Below, one piece after another: positions 1 through 15,400 of a stretch of DNA of 64,000 bases; position 1 is the stretch's first letter; the number at the start of each line of letters is the position of its first letter. The stretch lies in NCBI RefSeq assembly GCF_032062105.1, contig NW_026931262.1, forward strand, positions 124,001 to 188,000, given 5' to 3'. Both the position numbers and the translations under genes were made by a program. This stretch comes from Saccostrea cucullata. Its lineage: Eukaryota. A model generated the notes under the pieces. That model was not told the DNA's origin. It made no database searches and saw only the letters and a list, made by a program, of their open reading frames with translations.

Positions 1-749
1 TTTACTGAATAAATATTGTTTAAATCAACAAATAACACAAGACTTATTCTTCCTTGTTCTTTGACAATGCTAAATAAGAACAATTTATTTCTACGATCCC
101 CTTTTCGTAAGCATTTGGTGTCTAAATCTTTTCATCGTTGAAGCTAACGAGTCATATTTAAAAGTAATAAAAATATATATTCTATATGGGATTAATTCGT
201 GATTTAATGGACTGCACTATGAAGATGGTCTCATTCAGAATCAGCTAAATGATAAACCTCAATAGAATTTACTCCAATGTAATTTATTCTAAAGCTTTGC
301 CGATTCCGACGAATTAGTGCGTTTCTATCAGACCGTTATTGGTTGCAATAATCAAACCCACTCTTCAACTTCATCACGATAACTTTGAAGTCAGAAATTA
401 TTAATCAATTCGAAAAACAAATGAAACTCCTGATAAACGACTTTAACTATAACCCAGAAGTCCTAAACGATCTCTTTCATTGCATAATAAACAGAAGAGA
501 TACAGTACAGCTCTTTTATTATAATTTCTCAGAACTTTGTTGAAAGACTATTCTTTGAGATAAACAAATCTATCTTTTTCAGCTATGGGTCATCAAAATG
601 TATTGTCAGAATTTTCCTTTGAATTTGTGGTTTATGTAATAAAGACTTATGTAATTATAATGCCAATTTCTTGATCTGATTTTTTTGTTCATTAATTTAA
701 TTTGCAGAATACGTTTGTCTTAAACATGTAATGAACTTTTGTAGCTTAT

Positions 750-1250
750 TTTTATACAATTATAGCCTTTTGATGAGGTCAATCCCTCGATATATAGACC
801 TTAGGGAAAGCATATCGACCGAGCACGAAGTGCGAGGTCGATATGCTTTCTCTAAGGTCTATATATCGAGGAATTGTACAGAATCAAAAGGCTACAATTG
901 TTTTATTATTTTTAATCAGTTATTAAGAAATGTCTTAAAATTCTTCTTTACACATGTAATACTCAGTATCTTCTCATACAAGGCATTGTTATGTCATTGC
1001 ATTATGACGTCACAGTAATGAAAACCAGCTGCAGTATCTGTTTTTAGAAACATCCAGTCTATAAAGACTATTGTGACGTCAGTACTATTGTTTTTTCACA
1101 ATAGAACATTTCCAATTTTAGAAACAGCAGGTTTATAAATTTTTAAAATAGAAACATCCAGTCTGTAACACTTTTTATACTTGATCATGTGATCCAGTTT
1201 GAGCCAATCAGATAGTTGGAACAATAAAGAAAAATAATAAAACGTTTTAT
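750..1250. mobile_element. Non-autonomous DNA element with long terminal hairpin (Crypton-like architecture)
   Basis: Near-perfect inverted repeat ~757-900 centred on GCACGAAGTGC. Boundaries and family are approximate. Confidence 0.5.
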
Positions 1251-3437
1251 TATATGACTGTGTAGTAGCCTTTTTATCAGCAATCATTAAATGTGAATAT
1301 ACGTCATTACACGCACGTTTGAATATTAAAATCGCCGGACATCGATACATAAGGGTTTATTTCAAATTTACAAAGGGCAGGCTACTTAGAGGGCAATTTA
1401 AAAGCCTTTTACAGCTGTTTTATTTTATCTAGCCGTACTGAATATTTTATTATTTTCAAATTGTCAATGATTGGACACCGAGAAAAGCCTGATATGGTTA
1501 TATCTGAGGCAAATGCGATTTAAAATTAAGTAAAACACAGATTTTATAGTCTGCTGTCCAGTGCTGACTTTTTAATTTCAAAGATTTTAAATAATCATTC
1601 AGAAAAGACCATGAAAAACATCATTTCTGTACCACACGACTATTGAAAGGAGATGGGTGAATGAGGTCTGCAGTGTGACAAACATGAAGGTGAAAATTAA
1701 ATCTCATTGTAACAAAATTTTCATTTGGTTATTTACCTAATATGAAAGAATACTGTATGTAAGATCTCCAAAATTTGCAAAAATTTCATAAAAATTGAAA
1801 TTATTTGATCAAGGCATAGAGAAGAGGTGTGCCTAGGACACAACAATCATTTATAGTGATCCAGAGACTACCAAATAAACTGATAGATGAAGCTATGTTG
1901 CCCAAAAGCAAGAGAAATAAGATGCTCAGGATCATCAAAATAATAAATCTAGTATATAAACATGAATCACCTTCTACATCCTTCAGGGATATTTTGAACA
2001 TTTTGCTTTGTGCAAAAGATGGTCAAATTCCTCGTGGTTTTGGAGACCTGTCTAAATGTACAAAAATGCTGACCAGACCAATAGTAAACAACACCAATAA
2101 CAATACTTTCTACTAAACTATAACATGTGTAAGGGTTGTTCTCATATTTCTTTTGTTCAGATCTAGTTCTTGCTAATTAAAAGTATGGGCCTTCCTAAAT
2201 ACAGAATCTAGGTCTCAACACAGATCACGTAGTGACAAAAATATAACAGAAACACTACAATGTACTGCAAAATCAAATTATCTTGAGGTCATAAATTATT
2301 GATTCAGCATAAAAAGTATAATAGAGTATGTTGGGATTTTATATTATTAATATTGAAAAATTAAATTTTTGCAGATGGCAAATTCATAGGTCTCTTGAAA
2401 CTATGCATGAACAATGAAACTAAAATCACCTCAAAATAATTTTCACAGACCATATTTTTACTAAAGCACACATCTCAGACAAAATAAATCTTTCATTTTT
2501 TATTTCATTAATACATGTACATGCAATTTGCTAAAAACAAGTCTCACCATTAAACACATGAACTTGGACGAGCGTTTGACATTATAATCATCAAAGTTCT
2601 TATTTAAATAATCCCACTACTTTTGAGAAAAAAATGAATTTAAAAAAACTTCTTTTAAGATATTTTAGTACTCTTACGGTCAGGATTTTTCTATTGAGAA
2701 AAAGAGAATAAAAATTATTGTATAAAGATATATAGTAACATATTCTTTCAATATTTCTTACCATGAAGCTTTTGAACATTTAAACTCTATAAATGCTCTA
2801 TCTGCATTCACAAAAATACTAAACAAAAAAACATTCTAAAGATTTTTATCTCTTTATTCCCCCATTCAATATATATATTTAATGGTGGTTTTATATTTGA
2901 TAAAACAAGTTTTCAATTTCCATTTAATTTGTCAACATTCTGATTTGCAGAGGAAAACACATTATTACATGTATATTGTGATTTGAAATATGAAAATGGA
3001 AAATATCAAAATGAAATTTCAATAGAGACAAAAAAGAAAATAAAAACTACCAGCATTGTAAAATCAATGAATGTAAAACTGGGGTACTGATATTTACACA
3101 TTTTAGTAACAATAAAACATTGCAAGGTTGGATGGTAAGAAATAATTTATATGAATTGTTAATTTACCCAACAACTGATGATGATGAACTACATTGTCCT
3201 GAACTCTATGAGCCCCATTTTCTGACATTTAATGTATAATGTTTGTAATTCACTTTTCCTCTGATTGCTGATATTTTTAGCACCAAACAATGCAACAATC
3301 CATCTCCTGCTTGTACCGCGCCCCATGCTGTGTTCATCCAATTTTTAAATTTTAGAACATTGATGTTTCCTTGGTTTGTTTATGCCACAAATATCAATTA
3401 AAGGTGTTTAATTTATCAATTAATCTGTTAATTGCCA

Positions 3438-6400
3438 TCAGTAAATGAGACTGTCAGCATTTGCTGATCTTGGTTTCTTGATTTTGTCGATATTCTTCAA
3501 CACCAGGTCGTGTAGGCTTGCCTAAGATAAACAAGAACAGGTTAGAGACAAAAGAGTTATATACTGTATAATTATGTATAAATTTTACTTAATGATAATA
3601 GTACACTTAAAACATTATTTATCCTTAGCTGAAGATCTGTAGCTCTCTGGTCTGAAAAAAACCCAGTAGTCTCTGTCGAGACTGAAGCTCTACTGGTTTG
3701 TACTTATAGCAAAGGAAGAGAAAAGTACTTAAGCCATGTTAAGCAGTTGGGAATTGAAACTTTTCAACAGCAATAAATAGAATAATGATCCTTGATTAAG
3801 TCTCTTTATGTTCTTAGTGTAGTCTACTTGCATGCCACATTATATTATAATCAGACTAAAACTTGTATTTGGAGTAGCATTTTGAGAGTATTTAACAGAA
3901 ATTTCTATTTTTAGTAACCGTGGCAACACTGTTCATTGAAGTGAAAAACTGATACACAGAATTATGTACCTTAGTGTAGTCTACTTGTGTGCCAAATTTT
4001 ATTGAAATCAGACCAAAACTGTAGGAGGTGTAGCATTTTGAAAGAATTTCACAGAAATTTCTATTTTTAGTAACCATAGCAACACCGTTCATCGAAATCA
4101 AAAACCGATATACAGAATTATGTATCTTAGTGTAGTCTACTTGTGTGCCAATTTATATTGAAATCAGACCAAAACGGTAGGAGGAGTAGCATTTTGAAAG
4201 AATTTCAAAGAAATTTCTATTTTTAGTAACCATGGCAACACCTTTCATCAAAATCAAAAACCGATACACAGAATTATGTATCTTAGTTTAGTCTACTTGT
4301 GTGCCAAGTTATTTAAACAATAAAATGCTTTCTTTGTTTGTTGTTACTGGAATGAACGGAAGCAGCTGTCGCAGAAAAAATACATAACCCGCATAAGCTG
4401 GTTATGTAAATTTTTTCTGCAATAGCTGGGACCGTTCATTCCAGTAATAACAAAAAAAGAAAGACATTTTATTGTTTATATTTATATCTGTTTAAATTAT
4501 CATTTAAAGTAGGATTAAAAATATTAAGTATCGTGTTAATGATGCGAACGTCTTTGTACGTTTCATTGATGGAACGGCCACTGATCAAGAAATCTGTACA
4601 GGTGGTATGCCTAATGTAGTTCATGCAGTGATGAACGCAATGGGTTTTCTTAGGAAATAAAGAAGAAAATATTCAGTGGATGTAAATATATTGAAATAAA
4701 ACCAAAACTGTAGGAGGAGTAGCATTTTGAAAGAATTTCACAGAAATTTCTATTTTTAGTAACCACGGCAACACCATTCATTGAAATCAAAAACCGATAC
4801 ACAGAATTATGTATCTTGGTGTAGTCTACCTGTGTGCCAAGTTATACTGAAATCACACTAAAACTGTAGGAGGTGTAGCATTTTGAAAAATTGTTTACAG
4901 ACAGACAGACGGACGGATGATGGACACATTACTATCGCATAAGCTCTTCTGGTCTCTGACCAGTAGAGCTAAAAATTGGGATGGACAACCAGAGGACTAC
5001 ATTGAAAAAAGTGTATATATTTATTACGCACAAAAAGTAGGCTGTTTCTCAATTTTTTTTTTTTCACTTTATATTTCAAAATATTTATAAATGTGTTTCT
5101 AGCATATTCTTTTACTACTTCTGCAACAAAACTGCATTGTACAAGTTTAGATTGACTGAGTTATCTTCCCACCTTTAATATATAGCAGTATATATATACG
5201 CGAAATTTTTAATGGTCTCAAATTCAGGCCTTGTTTTGGGAAATGTTTTTTGTGTAAGTAAAAAAAAAAAACACCCTAGAAACACACAGTAATATTTTGA
5301 AATGGCAGCATAAATATAAGAGAAATAAATTGAGAAAACAACACATTTTTTTTAATACGTAATAAATACACACTTCTATCAATAGTTGGCGCTGTAGTTC
5401 TCTGGTTGTCCATCCATATTTTTTTTGCAGACCAGAGAGCTACAGATCTGCAGCTATTTGCTGGATACTTACGTAGTGGTTGCGGACTTCACAGCAGATG
5501 AGGCGCAGACTGACGTATTCTTTCTCATCTAATTCCCTCACCGCTTGTCTGTAGTCATCCTGTGATTTAAAACAAATCATTATCAGGATGTATGGAAATT
5601 GTTAAAAATCATATTATTCTTCCACATAAATGTTTAGTGAAACAATGTACAATTTGTACCGATCTTACTCTAACTATATTGATGTTAAAAACCATACTCC
5701 AAACTCTGCATTTTTTCCCAAAGACAGAATTGAATATTAGAGACAGCTAGAATACTTTTTTCTTAAAGAGAACTTGATCAAATGATTGTGGGTCAAAGGC
5801 ATAATGTACACTTTTTCCCCAGTGACCTTGTAAATATTGCTGGAATGACGTTTGGTCAAAAATCAAGACACACTTTGGAACATAAGCAACCTTTGTGCTA
5901 GGAACAAGCTTCCAATGTTTCTCCTTTACATGATCTGGTCAGAATAGGAATTATCCATTTTTTAAATTGACCCTGAACTTAACAAAATGACCATAGTATG
6001 AGCTGTGAAAAGAATGGAAGGGATATGAACTTTATAAAGTTTGGGGGTACATTTAAGATCATCGTCGGAAACCCACCGGTGATCTCGTCTTTACTTATCA
6101 CTGGTGGGCAAACTCACCGAAATATCACCGTAAAATATGCTAATTTGTTGTGTTTAGTCAACCAATCAGAAAGTTCGACCTCTTCAATTTTGAAGAATAC
6201 GTTTATTACTTTGCTATTTGTGGTAAATATTTTGACGCCCTTTAAAACGTACAAAGTTTGATTTAAAACAATGAAAGTCAATTCGTACAGGTCACTGACA
6301 TAAATATCCGTCAGATATTACCGTATATCCGGTTTTTTTCGCGATGATCTATTTTTCGCATTTTTTGTGACCATTTTTAATTCGCAAAATATAAAACACG

Positions 6401-9400
6401 CAGAAAAAATGTCAGCTATAATGTGACATAAAAACAATAACATTTTAAACAAAAAAAATCTTCAATTGTAAAACATAGGTAATCAGAGATTACAGAGCTC
6501 ACCTCAACGAATGTTGTCTTTAAGTAAGGCAAAGTCACACAATTAACCAACAAAAAGTATACATTCCAAAAATGAAAATATTTTTATAAGCAATTTTGAT
6601 CCGATACTTTGAAATAGACCTACATAAAAAATTTAAACTACTTCTTCTTCATGAAAATGTAATGAAAATCCAGCATCTGAAGCAAATTTGAGAGTTTTCA
6701 TCTCTTGATGCAGCATTTGTGCAAGTTTGGTTTATACAATGTTATATAAGCCTTATATTTTTTGGTAATAGACCTGCAACCATAACTTTTACCTTGTCTA
6801 TTATCTTAAAAATGTATGTCCAATTCAGCATCCGAAGCAAGTCCATTAGTGTGCATCCTTAGATGTATCATCCGTGCAAGTTTGCTCATTATAGAGCTCA
6901 TAGTTTATTAGAAATGAAACATGCATCAAAACTAACATTTTCACTCATCCACAAAAAGTAGGTCAGATTCAGCATCCGAAGCAAGCCTGGAAGTATGCAT
7001 CCTTAGATGTATCATCTATGCAAGACTGGTCATTAAAGAACTCATAGTTCCTTGGAAATGAAACCTGCACCAAAAACTTTTAACTATTCACTCAACCGGA
7101 AAATGTAGGTCAGATTCAGCATCCGAAGCAAGCCTGGTAGTGTGCATCCTAAGATGTATCATCCATGCAAGTTTGGTCAACATAGGGCTTAAAGTTACTT
7201 GCAAATGAAACCTGCACCAAAAACATTAACCTGTTCGCTCAACTGGAAAATGTAGGTCAGATTCAGCATCCGAAGCAAGACCGGTAGTATGCATCCTTAG
7301 ATGTATCATCCATGCAAGTTTGGTCAACATATGGCTTATAGTTACTTGGAAATGAAACCTGCACCAAAAACTTTAACCTGTTCACTCAACCGGAAAATGT
7401 AGGTCAGATTCAGCATCCGAAGCAAGCCCGGTAGTATGCATCCTTAGATGTATCATCCATGCAAGTTTGGTCAACATAGGGCTTATAGTTACTTGGAAAT
7501 GAAACCTACACCAAAAACTTTAACCTGTTCACTCAACCGGAAAATGTAGGTCAGATTCAGCATCCGAAGCAAGCCCGGTAGTATGCATCCTTAGATGTAT
7601 CATCCATGCAAGTTTGGTCAACATAGGGCTTATAGTTACTTGGAAATGAAACCTGCACCAACAACTTTAACCTGTTCACTCAACCGGAAAATGTAGGTCA
7701 GATTCAGCATCCGAAGCAAGCCCGGTAGTATGCATCCTTAGATGTATCATCCATGCAAGTTTGGTCAACATAGGGCTTATAGTTACTTGGAAATGAAACC
7801 TACACCGAAAACTTTAACCTGTTCACTCAACCGGAAAATGTAGGTCAGATTCAGCATCCGAAGCAAGCCCGGTAGTATGCATCCTTAGATGTATCATCCA
7901 TGCAAGTTTGGTCAACATAGGGCTTATAGTTACTTGGAAATGAAACCTACACCGAAAACTTTAACCTGTTCACTCAACGGGACGCCGACGCCGACGCCGA
8001 CACCGACACCGACGCCGAGGGTATTACATAAGCTCCCCCAACTTCGTTGAGGTGAGCTAAAAATAACTTACCCAAAATAAAAACTGTACTAATCTACCCC
8101 TTTTTCGCAAAATTTCCAACACGCGAAAAAAAACGGATATACGGTATATAGGAGTACCTCTTTCTAACTTCAAAATGTACCGGTGAGTGGATTTATTAGC
8201 TGTGTTAACTACGGAATGAGTTTTTCATGTTTTTGGCAATGCCGAACTTGCATACGTAACGTTAACTGTAATTCGTTGTTTGGCATCGCGACTCTGTGAA
8301 GCGGCCAATCAAATGACCCATACATACTTAATTACATACGACGATTTTTCGGTGAGTTTGCCCACGGGTGATAAGTAAAGACGAGATCACCCGTGGGTTT
8401 CCAACCATGATTTAAGATATAACCATCAAAATTTCCTCTCCTTGATTCCTTTCTTTGGAGAACTATAAATTTATTTCTCTCTAAACCTATCGGTGAGTGA
8501 GAGTGTAAGTATTTGGTCACCTCTTAGATAAGCTTAGTCTGTGAGATGAAGTAACATGACTTACTACATCATGTATTCAGCAACCTTTAAGATGGCTCAG
8601 TCCCCCTCTTTTTTATAAAGATAGGCATACTGTATATTTAGCTTTAGATTTAGCCCTCGACCCCCTTTTATTAGGCATGTTAGAGTTCAGGTAGATGCAC
8701 AGCAGTAGCTCTCTGCTTGAGAAAATTCAGACAGATAAAGCAGAGATCTATGGATCCAAGCGTTGTAAAAACCTTCAATTTACGCCGACGATTTTTTGTC
8801 ACTCACTATGGGTATTTTTTCGTGTATTTTATACTTTCCCAAGCTTTAAAAATAATTCAAATGGTATCTAATAATTAATCATACAGTAAACTTCAGTTCC
8901 TGATCATTTACTTACCTCTCAACACTAACAAATGGCTGTTTGTGGTTACGGACGTCGAAATGGAACTCTTTTAAACCGACATTACAAAACTATATACAGG
9001 ACTGTTTCGGACCGTTAAAAGGTAAACAAAGTATCAAATATAAGAGTTAAATATATGAATTATTATAGGATACCATTCTAAAAGCCAGAGAAAGCTTAAA
9101 CTACACGAAATAAGTCCCTGAAGTAGCGACAAAAAATCATCCGTGTAAATCGAAGGTTTTTACAATGCATGGATCTGTAGCTCTCTGCTTTATCTATCCA
9201 AATTTTCTCAAGCAGAGAGCTACAGTTCTGCAGCTAGAGTTCAGGTAAACCAGAAGTCTCTGTCCAGACTGTAGCTCTACTGGTTTGTACTTATAACAAA
9301 GGAAGAGAAAAGAAGCCATTGCCATCAGACCAAATATGTAGGAGGTGTAGTGTTTTAAAGGAATATCACAGAAATTTCAATTTTTAATAAGTAGTTTACT

Positions 9401-12400
9401 TGTGTGCCAAGTAATATTGTAATCAGACCAAATCTGTAGGAGTAGCGTTATTCTCGTCAGTGACGTTATTACGTCAAACGCGCCCGACGCTTATTCCATC
9501 AAAAATGCCTGACGTCGATTTCACTTACTGTGTAAAGAAAGGTACATTAATTTCCAAATAAAAGGCATAAAAAATACGATGTTCAGTTATCTCCGGGATG
9601 CATGATCGAAGGAGAGTTGAAATTTAGATGATTCGTCAAACTGAAAGTACGGGTGCAAGATGTTTCGGGACCCCGACGTTTCGGGACCTAGGTACACGAC
9701 GATTCGGGACTAGCGATAAGACGGTTCGGGACTTGCGGCAAGACGTTTCGGGACTTGGGTTAAATTTTTCGGGATTTCAATAAATACTGAAATAAATAAC
9801 ATATTTAGCTAAAATTATTTATTTATTTTTTAATGTATCATTAGATAAATATATGGACAGACATTAAACTTTATAAAATATTTTTTTTTATAATTTAATC
9901 GCCATAGATACGTTTTCTCTTTAATAAAAAGAATTTTTTTCGGGATCTCAACGAATTATTTTATTATGGTGATATAGCATATTATTCTAAGTACACAGAG
10001 TACGTAATATTTCAGGTTGATGATATATATTTTAAAATATTCAAGTGATCTCCAGCTACCGTCGAATATATCTTTAAAAATATGTCATTGAATTGTTAAA
10101 ACAACAACTAGGACCAGGTACACATATCCCATAGGGAAGTGTTACGTACATGTATAAAGACGCCGCCGGTAATGGGGACTGAAAAGATTGTGTGGTTTCT
10201 ATTGAAATTATTTTAAGAAAATAAAAATCTAAAAATATGCAAAAAAAATATCGTTTGTTTATTGGTAAATGAAATAATTACAAATCAAACAATATTTATA
10301 TAATAGTAATAATTTTCCCATCATCAAAAGTTCAATAAAATATAAAGGTTTTCAAAATGTTTTGATTGATTTTCTCTATTTTTTTTCCCAAACAGTTTCA
10401 AATATTTTTTTTTTCAAAAAGTTTTAGCATAGTATCTATTGTAAGATTCCTCCCTGGAAATGTTACGAAAACATTTTTAAAGTTTCCAAAACATTGTAAA
10501 TAAACATATTTTACAAATGTTGCGAGAATATTTTCCCTACATGTAGATTTTTAAAAAATACCATACTTTAAAAAAAAGAATATTTAATGGTATAAACAAC
10601 ATGATTTCGTTTGATATCGTTTGAAATAATGTCTTTAAAAATATTCTAAATTTCATCATAGCTTTATCTATTTAATGTGGCTAGGTGGAAATTTAATAAA
10701 AAATAAAATTTAAGTTGACCTGTTAACGTAGTCATTTTTTTTTTAATCTGGAATGTCTTTTAAACACTTTTACAACGTACATGTAATATGAAAAATTTAA
10801 TATTTGCAAATTAAATAATATTTAGTATTTATTTACAGTATCATTTAAACAGTGTGTCATGTACCTAATTATGTAACATCACATAATGTTACGCACTGGT
10901 CGGGTATATACGAAGATCGATAATTAAGTTTCATTGAGATTTGTAGTCTGTGTATACACAGTAAACATAACAACTACCCGTAAAACGTAAAGTTTTTACT
11001 GCACATGTGCTAGCTTGAGCCTTTGTTAATTCTGTAAACAAATATGAAATCAAACACTTAAAATTGTTATTAAAATGGAGAGGAAGAAAGTCTTGGAAGT
11101 GAAAACACGTCCGTGGTCTTCGCACAGCAGTTACGACTGTCTCCCGGTTTTAATTCTGCAAACTCTCGTATCAAACACTATAAATAAATCAATACATAGC
11201 CTAATTCTAAAATATATTTTTTGAATTAAATTTGGCGAACCAAATACTTTATAAAGGTAATATATCATGTATATCAAATGCTGTAATAAGAAATGTAGAG
11301 ACAACATTGCGGGCGGTTGATTTTCTCGGCAGGCGTGCTCCATGCCGCATGCAAACTAATATGCCAATCTGTGCTTCTTAATTAAATGATAAATTGTGTA
11401 TAAAACTGAGAAATTATACATATATAAACATAAAAACAAAAGTAAACAAGTTTTATTTCATTTCCTTAACAAAATATATAGAAGTCCCGAAACGTGTTAG
11501 CCCAAGTCCCGAAACGTGTTAACCCAAGTCCCGAAACGTGTTGTCAGGTCCCGAAACGTCGGGGTCCCGAAACGTCGCGGTCCCGAAACATCCAGAATTC
11601 GAAAGTACAACAAAGATGGCATGGAGGGAAATTGTCTCGAGTACAAGATAACTAAAAGACTTCGACAATCGGGTCGTTTTTTGTCTCTGTAAGTTGAAGA
11701 AATACAGAGTAACAAATAAATGGTTCTCTTGTCGAAAGTCGTAATCGTTTGCTTATATGTTTGTACATACTAAGGCTTAGTACATAACCATTTTCGAAAT
11801 TCAACCACGGCTCAAGTATTCAGGTACCTAACTGCTTTGCTTCAATATTCCGATTTTTAAATGTCGTTTTTCTCTTCTCGATTGTTTGAATTGAAATATT
11901 GTCCTCGAAAATCGTCCTTTGGGGATTGACTAAGGATTTGAAAACAAATTGTGGAAAACTTTTTTTTTCAATGTATATATCATAGATAAAACAGTTACTG
12001 CACATATATAAATGTTCTGTTATAATTTGGTATATCCTTGCACTGAAACATTGAATAATTCTTGATAAAAAAAAAACCCAGAATATTTCATTCAACATAT
12101 TCAAGTAGAAAAGGACATTGATGCATGAAAAAATATATTTCCTGAAATAATACACACATATGCTGAAAATTTGGAAAAATATGTTTTAACCTTTAGCTAC
12201 CATTTGTAGTGCTGTGGGTAGTGTATTGGTGCACCTGTCATTAGACAGGTGTCCTGGATTCGATTCTCTGTAAGTTAAAAAAATACAGAGTAACAAATAA
12301 ACATGATAAATGGTTGTCTTGTCGAAAGTCATTATCGTATGCTTATATGCTTGTACATAGTACATAACCATTTTCAAACCTTGTGGGCCTCTTGTTATAA

Positions 12401-15400
12401 TATGTTTGCCAAAGGCAATTTCCAAATTGATGATAAAATTACAAATGTGTCATCTACAGTATATACAATATGTATAATAAATGAGAAAAAAATACGCCGA
12501 ACAGACTCAGGGGTCTATATCGGATGGGGAGGGGGTATTTCTGTCTTCAAGCACCCGTGAATATTTATAGTATACTGATAGATACAGTGTATCAGTAGCT
12601 AATAAGATAATGTGGATCCCTAGTGTACTATTCTAGATCATAATTTCATGTATAACTTTAGTCATGGTAATGGTGGTTAGACTTAAACCCACAAATCTCA
12701 ATATTACAGTAACAAAGAAGGGAAATATAAAATAGGAATGCCTATGAGATCAAAGTGTGTGATATAAAAAAGGAATAAGGAAAGGGATAAAATTTCAAAC
12801 AGACAAATTCTACCCTGTATGTTAAGCCGAGTGCTTACAATGTTAGAATTATATAATTAGGTTGTTTGTGTATTGTTTAATAATGCATTAATCATTAAAA
12901 ACAAAGAAAGATAAAAGAAAGCCAGATAATGTATTGGACCAGCATGCAAAATTCATATCAACCCATTCTCCCCCAATGAATGAAGAGTCCTTCCCAAACT
13001 TATGAGTTAGGACTTTATGCTGTGTCATATGTAGCATGATAAAAAGCTGAAGAAAAAAAAATAATTTTTTTTATTTGGTTAGAATACAATTTGAAGAAGT
13101 ATAATTGAACTCCAGCCTAAACTCCAGTACAAGTCAAATTGAACCATCTTGAATGTCTTGATTAAATGTTTTTATTTTAGGCACAGAGCAACAGAAAGAT
13201 TTTTTTTAAACTAGACCATGTTCATAATGCATGTACCATTTCTCAGCTACTTTTAATGTACAATTACATACAAATTAAATACTGGTATTCGGTATTTATA
13301 ATGTTCATCAATTATGCTCAGACAATTACAGGTTCGAGAATCTGAGTCAATACATCGAACAAATGCTCACTGGATACATATCAAAATATCACTTTAACAT
13401 AGAAAATTCTATTAACTCAGGGAGTCATTGACTTTTAAAGCATCATACCAGTGACTTTTCATACCAATTTTGCATGGATCAGTTTTTCCAAGGAGGGGTC
13501 CAAGGTCACTTTTAGTACAATTCACTGTTATCTTTGGACTTTCAGTAAGGCATGGTATTCTTAATGTTATATAATTAGCCCCTAAAATTTACACAGCTTT
13601 CATTCATTGTTGAAATATACGTGGCCGGGATATTCGGGCAAATGTCAAAGAGTGTAGCCAATTTCCAATAACAGGATTACATATAAGAAGTAAATGATTA
13701 CCGGTAAGTTGTCTAATGATTGTCAACAACGATTAAAAGTACCTGATGTTATTAATTTTTTAACCAATGAAAATCTATTTGCCATTTGAAAGACACTAGT
13801 GCAGAGAATACTACGTCTTACTAAAAGTCCAAGGATGACAGAGAATTGTACTGCTTGGTTTAGTATGTACATACAATAACTCTGCAATGTCCATGGGAAC
13901 ACACACACTCGCCACTAGATCCACCATGAAAATTTCAATCAAGAAGCATCCTATAGAATTTATATTATGGAAACGAGAAAAAAATTATAAGTGCTGAAAA
14001 AAATTATTGTGTAAGAGTGATTTTGACAGGTCGGTCAGAGTACATAAAACAAATATTTTTTTATTGTTTGACTTCCTTTACTTAATCCTTTTAATTATGA
14101 ACTCTTTCAGATATTAATTTATCCAACCTTATTCATTTTAAAGATACATAAATTACTCAAACATATCACCATTGAACGAGTTCATATTTTACCAATTGAA
14201 TGACATAGTTTTAGTAATAATGTCATCAGCTATGGAGCTTGGTGTTAAGAATTTATTAAACGAATTTCAGTTATATACGGAAAACCTCGATCATTCAGTG
14301 TCCCTAGCTTAAGAATGGGATCTCTGCCTTCCAACTTCCAAGGACACGATCTCCTATAAGCACGGTGTTTAAAAAAAACAAACAAACATTACAAAGTGGA
14401 AACACTGAACATATCCATCTCCGCTTACATAGATTTTATCAATTTGTACATGGATAAAAACATGATAAACAACGTTGCACCTTACTTAGACAGACCGGAG
14501 CTTTTCCTGTGATCAGAAACCAGACGTTAAAAAGATGTGGCAAACAAACCACTTATTTGTATCTATGAATAGCGAAAAATGTATTACATAGACACAAAAA
14601 GTTGTAAAATGTGCCACTTCTCTCATTTTTTAATCAAATAAATCGCATCCAAACGACCAATGTTGAAACTGAAAGTGTTTTCTTCTTTCACTTCCGTCAT
14701 AACGTCACACATGCGCATTACCGGTATATAGAATATTCCGAAGATTGAACCCGATTACTATAATGCTTGTGAATCGTGAAAACGAATTCTTGGCCGTCTC
14801 TGCAATAAATATTTAACTTATAATTTAAACCATACTTATTAATGTTCTATTAACGATAGTTTTAAATATTTAAAGCGACTTTTGCACCCAAATCATAAAA
14901 GTATAGATGTTAAAAAGATTTTTCAAATAATCATTTTTCAGCAAATTTGGTACAAAAATGTGAAATTTTCTTGTTTGATGCCCGCTGCCCCACTTAATTT
15001 TTATGCCATATAAGGGAGAGACTATTGAAAAATAACGTGTTAATTTTAAAAAGAAATCTGTAGTTAGAATATCGAACAGCAATTTATTTTTACTAGCAAT
15101 GAACTTTATAATTTTGAGCTAAATATGTTTAATTCGCCCTAGAAAGTAATATTAGGTGGATCAGCAGATTAAAAAAATAATTAAACCGTTAAACAAACAT
15201 ATTTTCTCTATAATTCATATGTTAAAAAAATTCTTTTGCTTTTACATTTAGAAATCTAGCATAAATATCTTAATTACTGCATTTCCGTAATTTCAGGAGA
15301 CAATGTCTATTTTTAGTAACAATCCTTTCTAAAGGAGGCCCGGTTGACCCCAAAATTTACACTGATCTGGAAAGGACAAATACTCAGTTAAGATTCTGAA

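Larger units (their letters stand above)
3626..5456. mobile_element. MITE with TAGCTGCAGATCTGTAGCTCT-type TIRs, interrupted by a satellite-bearing element
   Basis: TIRs tagctgaagatctgtagctctctggtctg and cagaccagagagctacagatctgcagcta. Same termini as the copies at 8692 and 28290. No TSD recognisable here. Confidence 0.75.
6057..8411. mobile_element. TTAA-flanked non-autonomous DNA transposon (Kolobok-like)
   Basis: ~70-bp TIRs (gatcatcgtcggaaacccaccggtgatctcgtctttacttatcac and its reverse complement), TTAA on both sides. Confidence 0.75.

Noticed and set aside
1829-2116. 95-aa ORF
   Set aside because: No motif or splice support. It lies in a decayed transposon-like region downstream of PSME3.
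6900-7980. Regular repeats resembling a CRISPR array
   Set aside because: Contiguous tandem units with no unique spacers, no cas genes and a eukaryotic context. The same applies to 16.4-18.5 kb and 51.3-52.2 kb.
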